64,000 nt of DNA from the human T2T-CHM13v2.0 reference genome, Homo sapiens. A program made the translations under genes and the position numbers. This document shows, piece by piece, positions 51,563 through 64,000 of this stretch. The notes under the pieces were generated by a model that worked only from the letters and a program-made list of their open reading frames with translations, was not told the origin of the DNA and searched no databases. The DNA is taken from the NCBI RefSeq assembly GCF_009914755.1, contig NC_060947.1. One strand, written 5' to 3'. The first letter of the stretch is position 1; each line of letters starts with the position of its first letter.

Positions 51563-51606
51563 CTGTCTAAAGAGAGGCTTCTGTTCTTGATTCAAGCAAG
51601 AGTTGA
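51563..51606 (-). other. KLHL15: Probable distal first exon of KLHL15
   Basis: Good donor ACAG|GTCAGT follows 51563. The 5' limit is from my recollection of the gene length and is not visible in the sequence. Confidence 0.45.
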
Positions 51607-51877
51607 AACGTTTCTGCGCTCTTTGTACCAGGTATAAATGTAGTGAGTGTATGTCATAAGCCATTGTGTGATCACCGTGCTTCCCGTCCCTCCTTATTTT
51701 GACATTGCAAGGTCTCGTGGAATTTCAAATGTGCTTTTTTGGATATTTATGTAGTTTTAAAACTGGGCTGTGTCTTTCAATCAATCTATACGTTTACTAT
51801 ATGAACCCCTCCCCAAGTTATCTTCAATCAATGATGCCTCTTTCACTCTTATTTCTTATTTTTATGTTATTATTATT

Positions 51878-53400
<1,523 letters not shown>

Positions 53401-53950
53401 CCCCATGATCTTTCCACTGTACCATGTAATTATATTAACATAGTAAATGATCTTCACATAGTTGTATTTTTATTCCTACTTAATTCCACAAATTGTTGGT
53501 TTGCAATCTACTATACTATTTATTTATTCATTCCATAAGTATGTGTAAGTGCCTAGTACATGCCAAGTCTTGTTCTACCCACTGGGGATCCATCAGTGAA
53601 TAAAACATATGAAAACTCTAGCCCTTGTACGGATTACATGTGTCAGGTAATAAAATAAATAAGCAAATTATGTGGCCTGTTAGAATGTGGTAAATGTGGC
53701 CGGGTGCGGTGGCTCACGCCTGTAATCCCAGCACTTTGAGAGGCTGAGGTGGGTGGATTACTTGAGGTCAGGAGTTCGAGACCAGCCTGGCCAACACGGG
53801 AAACCCCATCTCTACTAAAAATACGAAGAAATTAGCCAGGCGTGGTGGCACATGCCTGTAATCCCAGCTATTTGGGAGGTTGAAGCAGGAGAAGTGCTTG
53901 AACCCGGGAGACTGGGCGAAAGAGGGAGACTCTGCCTCAAAAAAAATATA

Positions 53951-54280
53951 TATTATTTTCATAGAAGTTTTAATGACTTATGAAATTGTTTCTAATATAA
54001 TCTTATGTGAAAATGCAGGACAAAAAAAAACTATAATTGCACTGATCACAGTAACACTGAACCCTCAGAGGTAGTTTTCTGTTGACTCCTTATTTTCCTG
54101 AGTATGGGTCACACTTTGCTGTTTCTTTGTACATCCTGTTTCTTTTAGATAATATGTTGTAGCAACTCTGGACTCTGTATTAACCCACTCCCAATCCAGG
54201 TGGTGGTAGAGTTTGCTATTTTTAGATTTGTTGTTTGTGTGGTGGTCAGCCTGGACTAATTCTGTGGCGTCTATTCCCCA
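53951..54280 (+). repeat. Dispersed direct repeat of 3426-3747
   Basis: Colinear match including a 57-nt identical run (3559-3615 = 54092-54148). Confidence 0.95.
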
Positions 54281-54578
54281 AATCGGGATGTGATAAATGC
54301 TATGGAAAATAACAGAGCTGGGGAAGGGTGTTCCAGTTTTAACTGGGATGATCAAAGTAGGAGGTATCATTTGAGCCTTGCCTTCAATGAAATTAGGGAC
54401 CAGAGTGTATAAAACCTGGTAGGCAATTGTAAGGTCTTTGGCCTGTGAGAAATTGGGAACCACTGGAAGCTTTGGTGAAGAGGACCAATATGATTTGACA
54501 CTCAGGCTGCTATGTAAGTAACAGAATTTAGGTGGACTAGGGCAGAAGCAGGGAGATGGGTTAGGAGACTATTCCGAT

Positions 54579-54608
54579 AATGGAATGGAATGGAATGGAA
54601 TGGAATGG
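54579..54608. repeat. (AATGG)6 pentamer repeat
   Basis: aatggaatggaatggaatggaatggaatgg. Confidence 0.92.
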
Positions 54609-55469
54609 AGGCTACAGTGGAGATGGTGAGAAGTGCTTAGACTTTGCAAATATTCTGGAGGAAGAGCCAACAGGATTTCCTGGAGGTAGGGATAAAGGAA
54701 AAGAGAGGAGTCATGGATAACATCAAGGTTTTCTGTCCTGAGCAACTGGAAGGATGGAATTGTCATTTCCTGACATCGCAAAGACCTCAGGAGGATCAGT
54801 TTTGAAGGGAGTGGGGAGGAAGGAAAAGCTGCAAGGACTGGGCCCAGAGGTGTGCCTGGGCCAGGGAGCCATCCTGGAGAACAGAGGGAACTGGTTCCAG
54901 GAGATCAGACAAGAGTGTGGAATGCTACAAGCTAGAGAGAAAGTTACTGGAAGTTGCTAAACATTCACTATCAATAAAAGATGCAATGAATATTGCCATT
55001 TTAATGGAATATATTTACCTTGAAACATGGTGTAGACAATGCCCCCTTGTAGATGAAAACCTTAAAAAGAAAGTTATCATCTTTGTGCTCCTTATGAACC
55101 AATGAAAAATAACATTATGCTTCAGCTTCAGTTATGAGATTATCAAGGGGCTGAGTGTACAGCGAGGACTGGGCTTTGTGGCGCAGCAATGTGAGGGAGT
55201 CATCCGGGAGAAGATACAGGACTGTCAAGGAGACAGAGAAGGAGTAGCCAGTGAGATAAGAGTAAGACAAAGAGTGTGCTATGCTAAGCCAGATAGAAAA
55301 GTACTGTAATTGCTAAACATCCACTATCAATGAAAGATGAAACGAATGTCACCATTTTAACTAAATCTATTTACTGTGAAATGCAACGTAGACAGTGCCT
55401 CTTAGTAAATGAAAATGTTAAAAGGAGTAACATACCCCCTTTCCCAAAATTAATCATTAAAAAAAAGTT

Positions 55470-58775
<3,306 letters not shown>

Positions 58776-58851
58776 TAACACTACATACAATTAAAAATGG
58801 TTATGATGGTAAATTTTTACCACAATAAAAGAAAATCCAGCAGGCTTTTTT

Positions 58852-59860
58852 CTCTTTTTTTTGGAATAACAAATGTTTATTCAGAAATGGATAAGTAATA
58901 CATAATCACCCTTCATCCCTTAATGCCTCTTCCTCTCCTTTTGCAGAGGAGACACAGATGGGTAACGTAGGGGCATGGGAAGTGGAGGAGGACACAGGAC
59001 TGGCCCACCACCTTCTCTTCCCTGTCTCCCAAGATGACAGCTTATAGAGTGGAGGAGGCAAACCGGTCCCCTCAATGTACCAGATGGTCACCTACAGCAC
59101 CAGCTCCAGATGGCCACGTGGCTGCAGCTGGGCTCAATGAAACTCTGTGACAACCAGAACATACCTGCTTTGGGATTAGAGGGAGGGTAAAGCCATGCAG
59201 GCAGGATATTTACCGTCCCTACTCTAAGCGGAGTCCAAGCAGTGAGCCCCTTGTTCCCAGTACCTGAAAAACCAGGTCCTACTGCCTTCTGGATGCTCTC
59301 TTGGGCCAGGAAGGGTAAAGTGTGGGAGGAATGTCTTCCAGCTGCTAATGAGAAGTCTGCACACACTTGAAGGGGTTAAGAGAATAAAAAGCAGCATTCT
59401 TTAAAGAACTGGAAGTGGAGCACCACCAGGCCCCTTCCTTGGACTTTCCCGGCCTGGGCAGCCTCAGAGCCTGCAGACTGAAGCTGGGTTCAAACCCTGG
59501 GTCCTTCCTGCCTGACAGACTGACCTCTGGAAACATGAGTCTCTGGGTTTTTCTTCACTGGGCTAGCCTCAAGCAAGTCTTGGGAGCTCTGAAACATGAA
59601 TCTCTGGGTTTTTCTTCACTGGGCTAGCCTCAAGCAAGTCTTCAGAGCTCTGAGTGTCTCCAGCATGCGCCTTTCCCAGCACTTGCTACTGATGTTGCAG
59701 AGCTCCCAGAACCCTGCTCCCCAACTGGCTCCAGCTCTGCCAGCCTGGATTCCCTTCACTCCCAACAAACCAGCAGGGGACCACTCAGTGACACCAGGGG
59801 CAACACTGGCCTGGTCATTCAAGGACTGCCGCTGGGCTCTATAGTTTTGTCCCAACTGCC
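58852..59860 (-). pseudogene. 5'-truncated processed retrocopy (3'UTR-like sequence only; parent gene not identified)
   Basis: Minus-strand AATAAA (58881-58876) 13 nt before a poly(A) tail. Perfect 16-bp TSD tccagcaggctttttt (58836-58851 and 59861-59876). Non-repeat, GC-richer content inserted in an L1. Confidence 0.85.
59530..59652. repeat. 61-bp tandem duplication (2 copies)
   Basis: gaaacatga(g/a)tctctgggtttttcttcactgggctagcctcaagcaagtctt.. at 59530 and 59591. Confidence 0.95.
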
Positions 59861-59876
59861 TCCAGCAGGCTTTTTT

Positions 59877-64000
<4,124 letters not shown>

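Larger units (their letters stand above)
53518..54820 (+). mobile_element. L2 element interrupted by an Alu plus duplicated segment (53698-54286)
   Basis: L2-like tttattcattc...gtgcctagtacatgccaag...ggggatccatcagtgaataaaaca resumes after 54287 (ataaatgctatggaaaa). Strand refers to the purine-rich reading. Confidence 0.6.

Noticed and set aside
51633-51638. TATAAA on + strand near the distal first exon
   Set aside because: Wrong orientation for KLHL15 and common in AT-rich DNA; no other evidence of a divergent gene.
59530-59652. Repeat pair as a CRISPR-like array
   Set aside because: Only two adjacent units with no unique spacers, in eukaryotic DNA.

Overview
Primate (very likely human, Xp22) genomic DNA that is extremely Alu-dense and contains one complete protein-coding gene on the minus strand: KLHL15, a BTB-BACK-Kelch CUL3 substrate adaptor. 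The 604-aa CDS reconstructs from two coding exons (31116-30412 and 13450-12341, phase-0 GT-AG intron). The gene also has a ~4.2-kb Alu-free 3'UTR ending near an AATAAA at 8159-8164, a 202-nt non-coding exon (49481-49280), a CpG-island promoter with ETS and YY1 motifs, and a probable distal first exon near 51563-51606. Almost all other ORFs in the track are Alu- or GC-derived artefacts. I found no new multi-gene system. The most unusual signals are: (i) a ~320-bp non-Alu segment plus its Alu duplicated 50.5 kb apart in direct orientation, bracketing the whole gene; (ii) a target site apparently hit by three successive retro-insertions, including a 3'UTR-only processed retrocopy with a perfect 16-bp TSD; (iii) a non-Alu+Alu cassette flanked by its own TSD; (iv) a strong-Kozak uORF that exists only after splicing; (v) potential BTB-BACK-only isoforms via circularisation or intronic polyadenylation. 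Repeat subfamily names and repeat boundaries are by eye and approximate.
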